Source: Octopus vulgaris
Lineage: Eukaryota
Assembly: GCA_951406725.2 (NCBI GenBank)
Contig: OX597815.1
Coordinates: forward strand, 151,404,001 to 151,468,000
Length of the DNA stretch: 64,000 bases
Reading direction: 5' to 3'
The notes under the pieces were generated by a model, which saw only the letters and a list, made by a program, of their open reading frames with translations, ran no database searches and was not told the origin of the DNA. A program made the position numbers and the translations under genes. This document shows positions 39,009-51,490 of this stretch, piece by piece (positions within the stretch are counted from its first letter, which is position 1; every line of letters begins with the position of its first letter).

Positions 39009-39544
39009 TATATGCACATATATATGTATATATATGTGTGTGTCTAAAAATATACAGAGTGAGATAGAGATCAATAAATAGACAGAAAGATAGGTATACA
39101 AGTGTACATACAGACATACACAGCTTACAGAGATAGTATGAAAGAATACTATAGTAACAACAACTAGCAACTAGAAATAAAATTAAGCTATCAGTTGTTC
39201 GTTTGCAAATTAAAATTATTTTCACAGCTGTTGTCAATAATGATTACTCAATAATATGGTATTTGTTGCTCATCGTTTAAATATTTTACCATTTATGTCC
39301 AGACTTGTGTACAGGATTAAAATCAATAAGACATTTTCATTGATCCTTGGGCTTGTTTCTACTCTTCAATCCATATATAGTCTAAAAACCTTGTTCTATC
39401 TCTGTTTGATATGTATGTTTATGTGCATGCGTGATTAAAACTATAGAGCACTTCCTTGTCAGCATTAAAAGATAAAATTTACCTGTCGTTTACCTTTGGA
39501 CAAACAGGCAATTATTCATCTGTATTCAGACTTGATGATGAAGA

Positions 39545-39575
<31 letters not shown>

Positions 39576-39708
39576 ATATATAAATAAAGATATATATATA
39601 TAGTATATACATATAGATATATAAACATATATAAATACACATACTTACATATGTATATAGATGGGTAGATAGATTGCTAGATAGGTGGCTAGACAGACAG
39701 ACAGAAAG

Positions 39709-39781
<73 letters not shown>

Positions 39782-39786
39782 CAGAC

Positions 39787-39856
<70 letters not shown>

Positions 39857-40041
39857 AGGGATCTCCCTTAAACAAAATATTGTAGCTTTGTAGTTACATT
39901 CATGTAACTCTGTACTTCTACTAAATATTAATAATATACATATACTCATATTTGTATTCTATTTTTCCTATTTGCATCAACATACCTATATATATCATCA
40001 TCATCATCATCATCATCATCGTTTAACGTCTTTTTTCCGCG

Positions 40042-40075
<34 letters not shown>

Positions 40076-40155
40076 ATAAATATTAGGGAATAAATCCAAA
40101 CTTACAGGGAAAAATCAGATTTAGTACTGAATACAAATTAATAGTAAAATATTAT

Positions 40156-40608
40156 ATTATATTAAATTAGAGATAAAACCACTATTAGGCAAATCATACA
40201 GTGAAAAACTTAAGCCAATACATAAGATTATTTAATTTATATTATTTAAATATATAACAAAATTATTAAAAAAATATAATTAATATAACACTACGATCGT
40301 TTCATGGCTGTTAATTTCTTTAAATTTTCGAGTTACAGTCATTCATCAGGTGGTTTAAATATTTAACTTGGCGAGTTAATTGATTAAACCTCGCCAAGTT
40401 AAATATTTAAACCACCTGATGAATGACTGTAACTCAAAAATTTAAAGAAATTAACAGCCATGAAACGATCGTAGTGTTATATTAATTATATTTTTCAATA
40501 ATTTTGTTATATATTTAAATAATATAAATTAAATAATCTTATGTATTGGCTTAAGTTTTTCATTGTATGATTTGCCTAATAGTGGTTTTATCTCTAATTT
40601 AATATAAT
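40156..40608. mobile_element. Near-perfect fold-back (~220-bp arms) of a Penelope-like pseudo-LTR
   Basis: 40156-40375 inverted to 40390-40608; hammerhead core intact in both arms. Confidence 0.85.
40413..40476 (+). ncRNA. Minimal type I hammerhead ribozyme motif (mirror copy 40289-40352 on minus)
   Basis: CAC-CTGATGA-[ATGACTGT...ACAGCCAT]-GAAAC-GATC-GTA-GTG. Confidence 0.8.
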
Positions 40609-40844
40609 ATATATATATATATATATAAATATATATATCTATGATTATTTGAATGTATTATCTTCCAAAATGAAATCCAAAATTGATAATTATTATTTTA
40701 ATATATAATCACTCTAACTGAATCTCTAAATACCTTTAAGTATTTAGACATTTCTCATATTAAGAGTACTTGTCTGAAATCCAGTACACTTTATTCTCAA
40801 ATGATATATTTGATTAATTATATATATGTGTATATACTTATATG

Positions 40845-41063
40845 TGTGTCTTTGTGTCTGCATTTGTCCCCCATTACCACTTGACAACCGGTGTTGGTGG
40901 TTTTATGTCCCCATAACTTAGAGGTTCAGTGTAAGAGATTGATAAAGTAAGTACTAGGCTTTAAAAAAAAGTCCTGTGGTCGATTTGTTTGACTGAAACC
41001 CTTCAAGGCGGTACTCCAGCATGGCCACAGTCAAATGATTGAAACAAGTAAAAGAATAAAAGA
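40845..41063 (+). mobile_element. SINE family A, 3' half
   Basis: Family A similarity. Confidence 0.8.
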
Positions 41064-41114
41064 ATATATGTGTGTGTGTGTACCAATATGTATATGTATA
41101 TATCTATATATATA

Positions 41115-41274
41115 TCTGTATGTATGTATGTATGTATGTATGTATGTATGTATGTATGTATGTATGTATGTATGTATGTATGTATGTGTGTATGTATGTA
41201 TGTATGTGTGTGTATGTATGTATGTATGTATGTATGTGTGTGTATGTATGTATGTATGTATGTATGTATGTATG

Positions 41275-41308
<34 letters not shown>

Positions 41309-41452
41309 TGTATGTATGTGTGTGTATGTATGTATGTATGTGTATGTATGTATGTATGTATGTGTATGTATGTATGTATGTGTATGTATGTATGTATGTG
41401 TATGTATGTATGTATTTATGTATGTATGTATGTATGTATGTATGTATGTATC
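41115..41452. repeat. Long (TATG)n microsatellite
   Basis: Direct reading. Confidence 0.95.
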
Positions 41453-41468
41453 TACCTATCTATCTATC

Positions 41469-41515
<47 letters not shown>

Positions 41516-42219
41516 ATGTATATATATATATATGTATATATATACATACATATATATATATATATATATGCACACACACACATGTATATTTGTGTGTGTG
41601 TAAACACAAACCCACACATACTCCCACACCTATACACACATCTGAGTATCAATGTGCATTTACATTTTCTTAAAAATGAATCAGACAAAAAAAACCCAAT
41701 TTTTTGTCTACATAGAATTCATCAGCCGTTATTTTAGCCATGCGCAATAACCAGAAGGACTGCTTATACATGTATGCAGGATAATTTCAAAGAACACTGC
41801 TATTTTGTTTTCAGTCTATGCCAAATTTCAAACTGTTAAATGTCACAATAGAAATCTTAAGGCTGGTTATGCAGTTTCTATGGTGTATGAGTGACCAAAA
41901 TCACAGCATTTCTCCTGAATGGGATCCTTGTCTGTTGCAGGATGTAATGCCAGTAATTATGAAATGAGGGTTCATAGCTTTCACCTCATTACTTGACTGG
42001 TTCTTTATTTTTCATTGATCCTAAAAGGACCAAAGGCAAAGTTGACCTCAGTAAAATTTGAATTCAGAATATAAAGTACCAAAGGAAATGCCATTAAACA
42101 TGTGGTCTGACATGCTAACAAGCCTGCTAGTTTGCTGCTTTACTCACCATTATAGTATCCATCAAGGATTGATTTTGGCCTGAACTTGATTTCAGTTTCT
42201 GTAACATGATGTGGGAATG

Positions 42220-42830
42220 GCATGTAAAAGGCACTATTTGAGTGTGGTTGATGCAAGTGCCACCTGACTGGCCCCCGTGCTGGTGGCACAGAAAAGGCAC
42301 CATTGGTGCAAGGTCGATGCCAGTGCTGTCTGACTGGTCCCAATGCCAGTAGCATAGTAAAAGCACCATTTGAGTAAGGTCAATGAAGTGCCATCTGACT
42401 GGCTCCTGTGCTGGTGTCACATAAAAAGCACCATATGAGCATAGTCAATGCCAGTGACACCTGACTGGCTCCCGTGTCGGTAGCACATAAAAAGCACCAT
42501 TTGAGTGTGGTCAATGCCAGTTCCACCTGACTGACACCTGTGCCCGTGGCACAGAGAAAGCACCATTTGAGTAAGGTCAATGAAGTGCCATCTGACTGGC
42601 TCCTGTGCTGGTGGTATGGAAAAAGCATCATTCGAACATGGTCGATGCTAGTTCCACTTGACTGGCTCCCATGCTGCTGGTGCGTAAAAAGCACCTACTA
42701 CACTCTCGGAGTGGTTGGCGTTGGGAAGGGTATCCAGCTGTAGAAACTTTGTCAGATCAGATTGGAGTCTTCAGTCAAACCATCCAACCCTTGCCAGCAT
42801 GGAAGGCAGACGTTAAACAATGATGATGAG
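42220..42830 (+). mobile_element. RTE 3'-UTR copy with ~8 tandem 60-67-bp units
   Basis: Repeated GGTGGCACATAAAAAGCACCATTTGAG...GCCAGT...CTGACTGGC, then the standard UTR end. Confidence 0.9.
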
Positions 42831-43055
42831 AATGATATAACAACCAGGTAATTTGAAGGTAATGTTCATTAAAGATCAGGTGTTTAATGCTTATAACTTA
42901 GTAAGTGTTTGAAGACACCTTGCATAGGATGCACTTCATGAGGCTGCATCAAAATGCAGGCAGTAAGGGGCTTGATGACACCTAATATAGAATGTCTTTC
43001 AAAGGGCCTTACCAAAATTCAAGTGGTGGTTTGAAATCAGAAACCATGAACTGGT

Positions 43056-43425
43056 TCTTTTACTTGTTTCAGTCCTTAGACTGTGGCCATGCTGGGGCAC
43101 CACCTTGAACAATTTTTAGTCAAATGAATTGACCCTGGTACCTATTTTATTGATCTCTTTTGCCAGAGCACTAGTTATAGGGATATAAACACACCAACAC
43201 CGGTTGTCAAATGGTGTTGGTGGAGAAACACAGACCCCACCCCCACAAACACACACACATACCACAAGCTTCTTTCAGTTTCCATTTACCAACTTCACTC
43301 GCAAGGCTTTGGTTGGCCTGAGGCTATAGTAGAAGACACTCGTCAAAGGTACCATGCAGTGGGACTGAACCTGGAATCTTGCGGTTGGAAAGCAAGCTTC
43401 TTACCACACAGCCATGCCTGTGCCT
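43056..43425 (-). mobile_element. SINE family A
   Basis: Family A similarity. Confidence 0.85.
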
Positions 43426-43888
43426 GATTATTCATTAGAAAAAAAACATGAAAGGAAACGGAAAATTTCCAGGTAAATTTTGTCTTTTCCTTGAAATTCT
43501 AACATAAACTTGTTTCATGTGTGTCAATATTTTTTGTATTTAATAATAGATTTGCTATGACTGCATAACGCATGAGTGTTGAATAGCATTTACAGTAAAA
43601 AGGAAAAGGTAAAAAAAAAAAAACTATGATGAAAATTTATAGGCATTACTAATATAACCTCTCTGTCAACATCACCACTACCACCATCATCATCAGTAAC
43701 AGCACTGCCACTGCCATTCATATTATATGATAGTACACACTTACCCCCACAATGATCCTGCTACAACTAACAACAATAGCAACAGCAACAACATAAAATA
43801 TAAATTATAGTAACAACGATGCTCTCCAAAAACAGGTCCCATCAAGCATTCATACATACATACATACATACATACATACATAAATAAT

Positions 43889-43941
<53 letters not shown>

Positions 43942-44063
43942 GCAGATTGTATTTAAATGAGTTATTTTAGTGGGATAAAGGGAAAACCCAAAATAGAAGG
44001 TGGAAAAGAAAGGTCTTTTTTTATCTTGACAAATACATTTATTATTCATTGGACAGACAAACA

Positions 44064-44098
<35 letters not shown>

Positions 44099-44287
44099 TG
44101 TATGTATGTATGTATGTATGTATGTATGTATGTATGTATGTATAAGCACAGGTGTAGTTTGTTTTCCAACCACATGGCTCTGGGTTTAGTCCCACAGCAT
44201 GGCACCTTGTTGCAAGTGTCTTCTACTATAGCCACAGGCCAAATAAGGCCCTGTGATTGGATTTGGTAGATGAACCTGAAAGAAGTC

Positions 44288-44336
<49 letters not shown>

Positions 44337-44537
44337 CTAAATAATGAGGGTGATAAATTGAATATTAATTTAATTAACATCGATTTAAAACCAGTGGCCT
44401 AGCACATAGAAAAATCTCAAAATTCAGAAAATTGTATTACATGCATATAAGAAGGGATGACCACTAAGTGGACATCCAATATGCTAGAAATAGATCACCT
44501 ACGATCTACCCACAAAAGAAAAGAATGTTCTCTAGAA

Positions 44538-44966
44538 AAATTCAGCAAACACCAGAACATAAGTGAGTAAGACAAATGAAGATATACAAAAAATAAAGAA
44601 TTAATCATAGACTAGTTTCGCCATTAATGATTTTACTTATGTAACGACATCTGTGGTTCTTCAGTACGACCATTCTAATTCAATATGATTTGCAGAACTA
44701 TATACAGATTGTCCTCATAAAATTAGAGCTGAGACATTTGAAAATAACCCCAATGTAATCGGTAGAACTGTACACACGTCTAATTTTATGAGGACAATCT
44801 GTATATAGTTCTGCAAATTATATTGAATTAGAACAGTCATACTGAAGAGTCACGGATGTTGTTACGTAAGTAAATATCATTAATGGCGAACTAGTCTACG
44901 ATTAATTCTTTATTTTGTATATTTTGATTTGTCTTACCCACTTATGTTCTGGTGTTTGCTGAATTT
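44538..44966. mobile_element. Penelope-like fold-back element (~190-bp arms)
   Basis: 44538-44727 inverted to 44779-44966; hammerhead in each arm. Confidence 0.85.
44605..44669 (-). ncRNA. Minimal type I hammerhead motif (mirror 44837-44901 on + lacks one A of GAAA)
   Basis: Minus: TCGTA-CTGAAGA-[ACCA...TGGC]-GAAAC-TA-GTC-TATGA; palindromic ACTAGT stem III. Confidence 0.7.
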
Positions 44967-44981
44967 ATATATATATAAATT

Positions 44982-45047
<66 letters not shown>

Positions 45048-45254
45048 CATCATCATCGTTTAACATCCGCTTTCCATGCTAGCATGGGTTGGAATATATA
45101 TACATAATGCCATAACCGACAATTTGCAGTCCAGACAGCTCCCCAGCTGTCCAGCTCTTGTTAAACCATTCAACCCATGCCAGCATAGAAAATGGACAGA
45201 AAGCTATGATAATGATGATGATGATATATATACTTACATAGTACATACATATAT

Positions 45255-45575
45255 GCCACTCTGTTGGTCACCACAACGAGGGTTCCAGTTGATCTGATCA
45301 ACAGAACAGCCTGCTCGTGAAATTAACGTGCAAGTGGCTGAACACTCCACAGACACACATACCCGTTCACATAATTCTCATGGAGATTCAGCGTGACACA
45401 GAGTATGACAAGGCTGGCCCCTTGAAACATAGGTGCAACTCATTTTTGCCAGCTGAGTGGACTGGGGCACCATGAAATATAGTGTCTTGCTGGAGGACAC
45501 AATGCGCCGCCGGGAATTGAATTCATGATCCTATAATCGTGAACGAAATATCCTAACCACAAAGCCATGTGCTTT
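45255..45575 (-). mobile_element. tRNA-derived SINE, third family
   Basis: Minus: TGGCTTTGTGGTTAGG A-box, TTCAATTCCCGG B-box, TGTGTCC..AGCAAGACACT..CCACTCAGCTGG central domain; fragment also at 10170-10285. Confidence 0.75.
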
Positions 45576-45614
45576 AACACACACACACACACACACATAC
45601 TCACACATATATAT

Positions 45615-45645
<31 letters not shown>

Positions 45646-46204
45646 ATACACACATATATATATAAACTCACACACATGTATACTCACACACACACATATA
45701 TATATACTCACACACATGTATACTCACACACACACATATATACTGACACACACATACACACACACACACATATTTGGTTTGCAAGATTCTTGATGTGAAT
45801 TTGTGTGTTGCAACAAATTTTGCCTTAATGTGAGGGTCATTACAATGTTAATAATAAAGATATACTCCGGCTCAATATCATTTCTATATTACTAGTCAAT
45901 CAGTTAGATATCTAACTAATTAACTAATTTTTTTTTTCTTTATTGTATTACCTAAGCAATCAATCTGCTGTTTGTTTGTCAAAGTTATTTCATCACTATT
46001 CATGAGCTCATCAATGACATGCCCTTATTCTTCAAGGCAGACCACCTCAATGCAATTACTAATAATAAAGAAATTATACTAAAACTGTGTGTGTGTTTAC
46101 TATTATTGGCATAATGACCACCCCCATGACAACATAATAAGGCATGAAATTGTAAGGACCTTTTGGACGTTTGTTATGTTTTTGTTAAATTTTTGAAATG
46201 TAAA

Positions 46205-46592
46205 TCTATATATATATAAAGGTGAAGTTGTCTGTGTATGGCAGGTTTGGTAGCCTTCAACTAACACTATCTCCTCCAAGACCCTGCAATGCAAGTTGAC
46301 CAAAATTGAAAGTATGATAGAAGAAGTCTTGCTCTTCCTTCTGTAGAAGAAAAAATTCAAATCGAACCATGTTAACACCACAAATTATTTACATCGAAAA
46401 GGTGCTTTTTTTCTATGAAAATCCCTATTTTTTTACGATTTTTTTACTGCTGTGTCGCCATTTTTCAGTGTATTTCAACCAGAAAAATGTTCACTTAAAG
46501 AGAATAACAAGCTACATAATGCAAAATATTTACTTTTCAAAAATTCCAATTCTAAAGGGTTGAAAAGAAGCAACGCTGGGCTATACTGCTAG
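46205..46592 (+). mobile_element. Non-autonomous Helitron
   Basis: A|TCTATATATATATAAA start; GCAACGCTGGGCTATACTG-CTAG|T end; no TSD. Confidence 0.75.
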
Positions 46593-46769
46593 TATATATA
46601 CATATTTATATATATATATATATAACCCAGTTGAACCGTCCAACCCATGCTAGCATGGAAAGCGGACGTTAAACGATGATGATGATGATGATGATGATAT
46701 ATATATATATAAGTGTATGTGTATATTAATTTATATATGTGTGTGTACGTGTATGTACATATATATCAT

Positions 46770-47341
46770 GGTTTATAATCATTCATAAGAAGGAAAGAAA
46801 TGGAGATATAACATTTAATAAAAATTTAATAAATAAATTTTCATTATTCAATATTTTAGAAATGAGGAATTCTGTACATTATTTACATTGGATGGATATG
46901 TGTCCTCATCTTGTTCGTTGTTACCACAACATTTCAGCTGATTTACTCTCCAGCCTTCATCAGGTGTCCTGGTAGAATTTTTAACCCACCCCTGGGTTCT
47001 CATTCTTAAGGTATTTTTTTGCTGATGTTATTATTATTATTGTTATTCTTGTTGTTGTTGTTATTTATTCAAGGCACTGCCTGGAATTGAACTCAGAATC
47101 TTGGGATAATAATAACATCAGCAAAAAAAAAAAAAACCTTAGGAATGAGAACCCAGGTTGGGTTCAAAATTCCACCAGGACACCTGATGAAGGGTGGAGA
47201 GAAAATCAGCCGAAACGTTGTGGTAATAACAAACAAGATGAGGACACACATCCATCCAATGTAAATAATGGAAATAAATAATAAATTTTTATAAGTTGTT
47301 ATATCTCCATTTTCTTACTTTCTTTTGAATGATTATAAACC
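46770..47341. mobile_element. Nested fold-backs: inner Penelope-like element (46877-47270) inside outer ~60-bp inverted arms
   Basis: Outer 46770-46830/47282-47341; inner 46877-47034/47107-47270. Confidence 0.8.
47181..47222 (+). ncRNA. Minimal type I hammerhead motif (mirror 46925-46966 on minus)
   Basis: CAC-CTGATGA-A-[GGgTG...CAGCC]-GAAAC-GTT-GTG. Confidence 0.7.
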
Positions 47342-47455
47342 TATCGTTTTATGAATATTATTATTCACAACAAATATCAGGTATTAAACCAGTAATTCAA
47401 TGGATAATACCATCCCTTAACACGAGGCTAATTTAACCCCTAATTGAATGTGTGC

Positions 47456-47507
<52 letters not shown>

Positions 47508-47590
47508 ATTAATTTTCATATATATATATATATATATATATAAAATTTCTAAATATCTCATAGAGATATGTACGGTGGTGGGGCGATAGA

Positions 47591-47758
47591 GTGGTTGTAT
47601 ACTGTCAACTTAACGTGACAGTAAGGGAATTATATAAGGGAATATATAAGGACACAGGAAATGTGTTGAGACCGACAGGAAGCGTCGATGCTTCCTAGGG
47701 CTAAACAGCGGTGGTGTAACTCCTTTACTGTCACGTTAAGTTGACAGTATACAACCAC
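47591..47758. repeat. Short fold-back element
   Basis: 34-bp perfect inverted termini GTGGTTGTATACTGTCAACTTAACGTGACAGTAA; internal hairpin AGGAAGC/GCTTCCT. Confidence 0.8.
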
Positions 47759-47803
47759 ACACACACTCTCTCTCTCTTATATATATATGCATATATTTTA
47801 TAT

Positions 47804-47849
<46 letters not shown>

Positions 47850-48544
47850 TATAAACGCACACTTATATATAAGTATATATAATAATGAAATTATTGTATA
47901 CAGTGCCCAAGTGCATTAAACATATAAAATGTATGTGCGTGGATATACATAGAAACACGGATTTACGTATGCGATTATATTAAACACATCTATGAACACG
48001 TATTATGAGTGTGTGTAATTTTCCGAAGTGTCAATTGTAGCGGTTGATTCTCATTTCCTTTTTTACTAAGAAATTCACACGTTAACACTCATTCACACAC
48101 ACACACACTCTCTCTCTTTCTCTCTCTCTCACACACACACGCGCGCGCGCACACACACACACATACACACACACACGCAGTGTCTGCATTTACAGGTCCA
48201 TTTCTTTCTCACCACATAAATGAATATCTGCGTTTTTAACTTTTTTTTTTTTTGATACATCTTATTCTCTAATAACCAAACTTTACGATATTTTATTGGT
48301 CCATTTACCTGTTTTGTCATTACTACACGTTTGTAGTTGTTGGGTTATCTTTGAGGGAAATTCTTATCGGTAATTATGTATCCTTTTATTTTTTTATGAC
48401 ACCTGTTGGACATTGTGACTGATTGACCAATGAAATGCGTTCAGAGCAATACCTTCCCACTATTAACCGCACACACACACGTATACTTACACAAAATTAT
48501 ATTCACACTGAATATCTACATGCAAAGAAACATACATACATACA

Positions 48545-48578
<34 letters not shown>

Positions 48579-48585
48579 GATTCAA

Positions 48586-48616
<31 letters not shown>

Positions 48617-49642
48617 TGGATAAATATAACATAAAAATAAACATACACACGTTGATTCTTAGAAACCCATATTCAAACGTATGTATGTGTAGGCATAAAA
48701 ACCCGCCTATTTATGTATAAATAGAGAAAGCTCGTCCGCTTTAGACAATAGTCCGAAAGTAATCCTACAAGGAGAGCAAGTTAAACAAAGTTTACTCTTA
48801 ATTAATATACAAATATATTGAATATTATATTTATATATCTTAGTCTACAACTTGGACAAAATATTGACAAAAATTTACACTCTTGATTAATTTAATTTAA
48901 TTTAATTTATTTCGAAATTTATCTCATTCTAAAAGGAAGAAAAAAAAATCTCGAAAAACTTTACCAATTCAAAAACCAAGCAAAAGCAAAACCTGTTTTT
49001 CTATTTATCTGATATAATTTAAAACCAAAAAAAGTACATCGGTTTTGCTGAATCTTACAACAATTTCAAAATATATATTTTGATTTCTTGATTGAGAAAA
49101 AACAAAACAAAAACATTCTTTATATTTATATAAATATTTATATAACAAAGAATCTTGAATTTTTAAAAGATTTGCCAAGAAGTAAGTTTTATAATATGAC
49201 ACTGAAAGAGAGAAGCTCAACGTTCCGGGCCAGGTAAAATATATTTAATATATTTTAATTAGATTTTGCTTGTTATTTAAATTATAAATTTCTTGTCAGC
49301 CTTTCTGGTGATTTTTAGAGAGAACGAATTGGAGAGGGCACTTGCTCTTGGTTTTCACAGCGGGGTTCCTCAATTATCCCTAGAGGTCCTCCCGTATCAG
49401 GAGGATTCCATCTCTATCATCCTCCTCCCCACCTTTTTATTTAAAAAAAAAAAAAACTTTCTATACTGTGTATATGTCCCTTCTTTTCCAGTGTATACCG
49501 TGTAACATGACCCCCACTTTTTCTTCTTTTTTTCCCTATCATTTCATTATATGTAAAATCACACACATCATATTTGTCTTTATATTGTCCCCCCTCATCC
49601 TTCGGCCTTATGACAAATAGATGAAATCATCATCATTATCGC

Positions 49643-49685
<43 letters not shown>

Positions 49686-51058
49686 TCGTTGTTATTGTTG
49701 TGTTAGCCCCGAACTTTGTCTTTCATCCTTTCGAGTTCAATAAAATAAATAGCAGTCGATGTATTCGACTAACCTCCTACCCCCCAAATTTCAGGCCTTG
49801 TGCCTAAAGTGGAAAGGATTATTATTGTTGTTGTTTTATGTATTTAAAAAAAATAATAAAACATATCCAAGACTATCATGTTAGCAGTGATCAATTTGAA
49901 ATCTTTGCTATTAGAATTTATCTAAACTTATAAATTCTACTGTTTCTACTGAAGCGTCACTAAACATCATAAAACGTGTGTGTGTATATTATATGTATAC
50001 ACGCACAGACATATGTATATATAAACGCATACACACACACGCACATGTATGTATATGTATATATATTATATATACATTATATATATGTGTGTGTGTGCGT
50101 GTATGTATATTATATACATATACAAACAGATACACACATATATACATGTATATCTATCTATCTATTTGATTTGTGTGTCTGTGTATGTATGTGTGTATGT
50201 ATATGTGTGTGTGTGTTTGTGTGTATGTGCGGTACCTTCCAATTTTACTTTGTTATATATATATATCAATGTAAAATGTGTGTGTACATGTGTCTATCTA
50301 GTATTGATTTAGCAACCTGTTGTCTATTATTGCCCATAGCTACTTTACATCAGGTCATTTTTGTTGTCCATAAACGACGTTTTAGTTTATGATGAAATGA
50401 TTTGAACACCTCAATTTGCTTCATTCTTAAACCATACCACTGTCTTATGACTGACTATCGGCTTTCACACACACCGACCTTTTAAAATACATTCTACCTG
50501 ATCTGGAAGTAGAGTCGATGACCAACAAGCTTATCAAAATACTTATCAGAAGTCTATTAGAGTAATATACCTACACTGAATAATTGAGTAAAACACACAA
50601 ACGAACATACTCACACTCAGACATATATGTACAACTGAGTATGTATGTAATTAAATGATGTTCATTCATATGATTTTTTTTTTCCGTTATAGAATAAATC
50701 TTATTTGTATCTCAAATTACCTTAAATAAAAATAAAATCTTGTGGTGTCATTTGAAGTTTTCGATCCTATGTGACACATTTAACTCTACAAACTCAAATG
50801 ATTACAAACACATTGTTTTAAATAGTGATTGAAATTAAAATCTCGATGTGGGGGATGAACTCCACGTCAATGTTGAATTATGCGAGCTATTTTTAATTTT
50901 TAACAAAAATAATTTAGATTGGGATTGACCTCCTCGTTCGAACTGGTGCGTGAGAAAATAGATTTCGTCCCTGACCTTGTGTCTATCGCGTAACTATCGG
51001 CTGCATTATGACTTACGTCTACGAGTAGTTATTGTCTGTTGTGTATTATTGTCTAACG

Positions 51059-51292
51059 CAGTGGTTTTCAACCATTTTTTTAATAATGGATCCCTTTGAT
51101 TACTATGTCAGCCATTCTATGTTTATTGATACTTCTTTCCTATTTGGGTTTTTCCCTCATTTACTTGTGTAAGTGCAATGGCACTAAGAGAACATGTTGA
51201 ACTATGTAAAACATCAGAAAAAGCAACCTAGCAAGCTGTTTCTTGCAATAAATATGCCTAGAGCAAACTTTGGACCCCGATTGAGAGTCTCT
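51059..51292. mobile_element. hAT-like MITE, decayed
   Basis: CAGTGGTTTTCAACC ... GGACCCCGATTGAGAGTCTCT termini. Confidence 0.5.
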
Positions 51293-51299
51293 AACTTAT

Positions 51300-51490
51300 A
51301 GTTACTGTCATCTGTGTAACTATCGTCTGTTCTGTAACAATTGTCTGTTGTGGAATTATCGTCTGCTGTGGAGTTATTGTCTTCTGTGTAGCTATTGTCT
51401 TCTGTATAGTTATCACCTGATAAACTATTATCGTGTACTGTGTATCTATCGTATGCTGTGAAACAACCATTTTCTATGTAGCTACCGTCT
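51300..51490. repeat. Degenerate ~18-bp minisatellite
   Basis: Unit ~TGTAACTATCGTCTGCTG; further units at 50980-51055. Confidence 0.7.

Noticed and set aside
41035-41737. Long ORFs rich in YI/CV/MY/TH repeats (here and throughout the track)
   Set aside because: Translations of (TA)n, (TG)n, (TATG)n and (TCTA)n microsatellites
42220-42700. CRISPR-like array of ~60-bp periods
   Set aside because: The intervening segments are homologous to each other rather than unique spacers, the array is part of the RTE 3' UTR, and the context is eukaryotic with no cas genes
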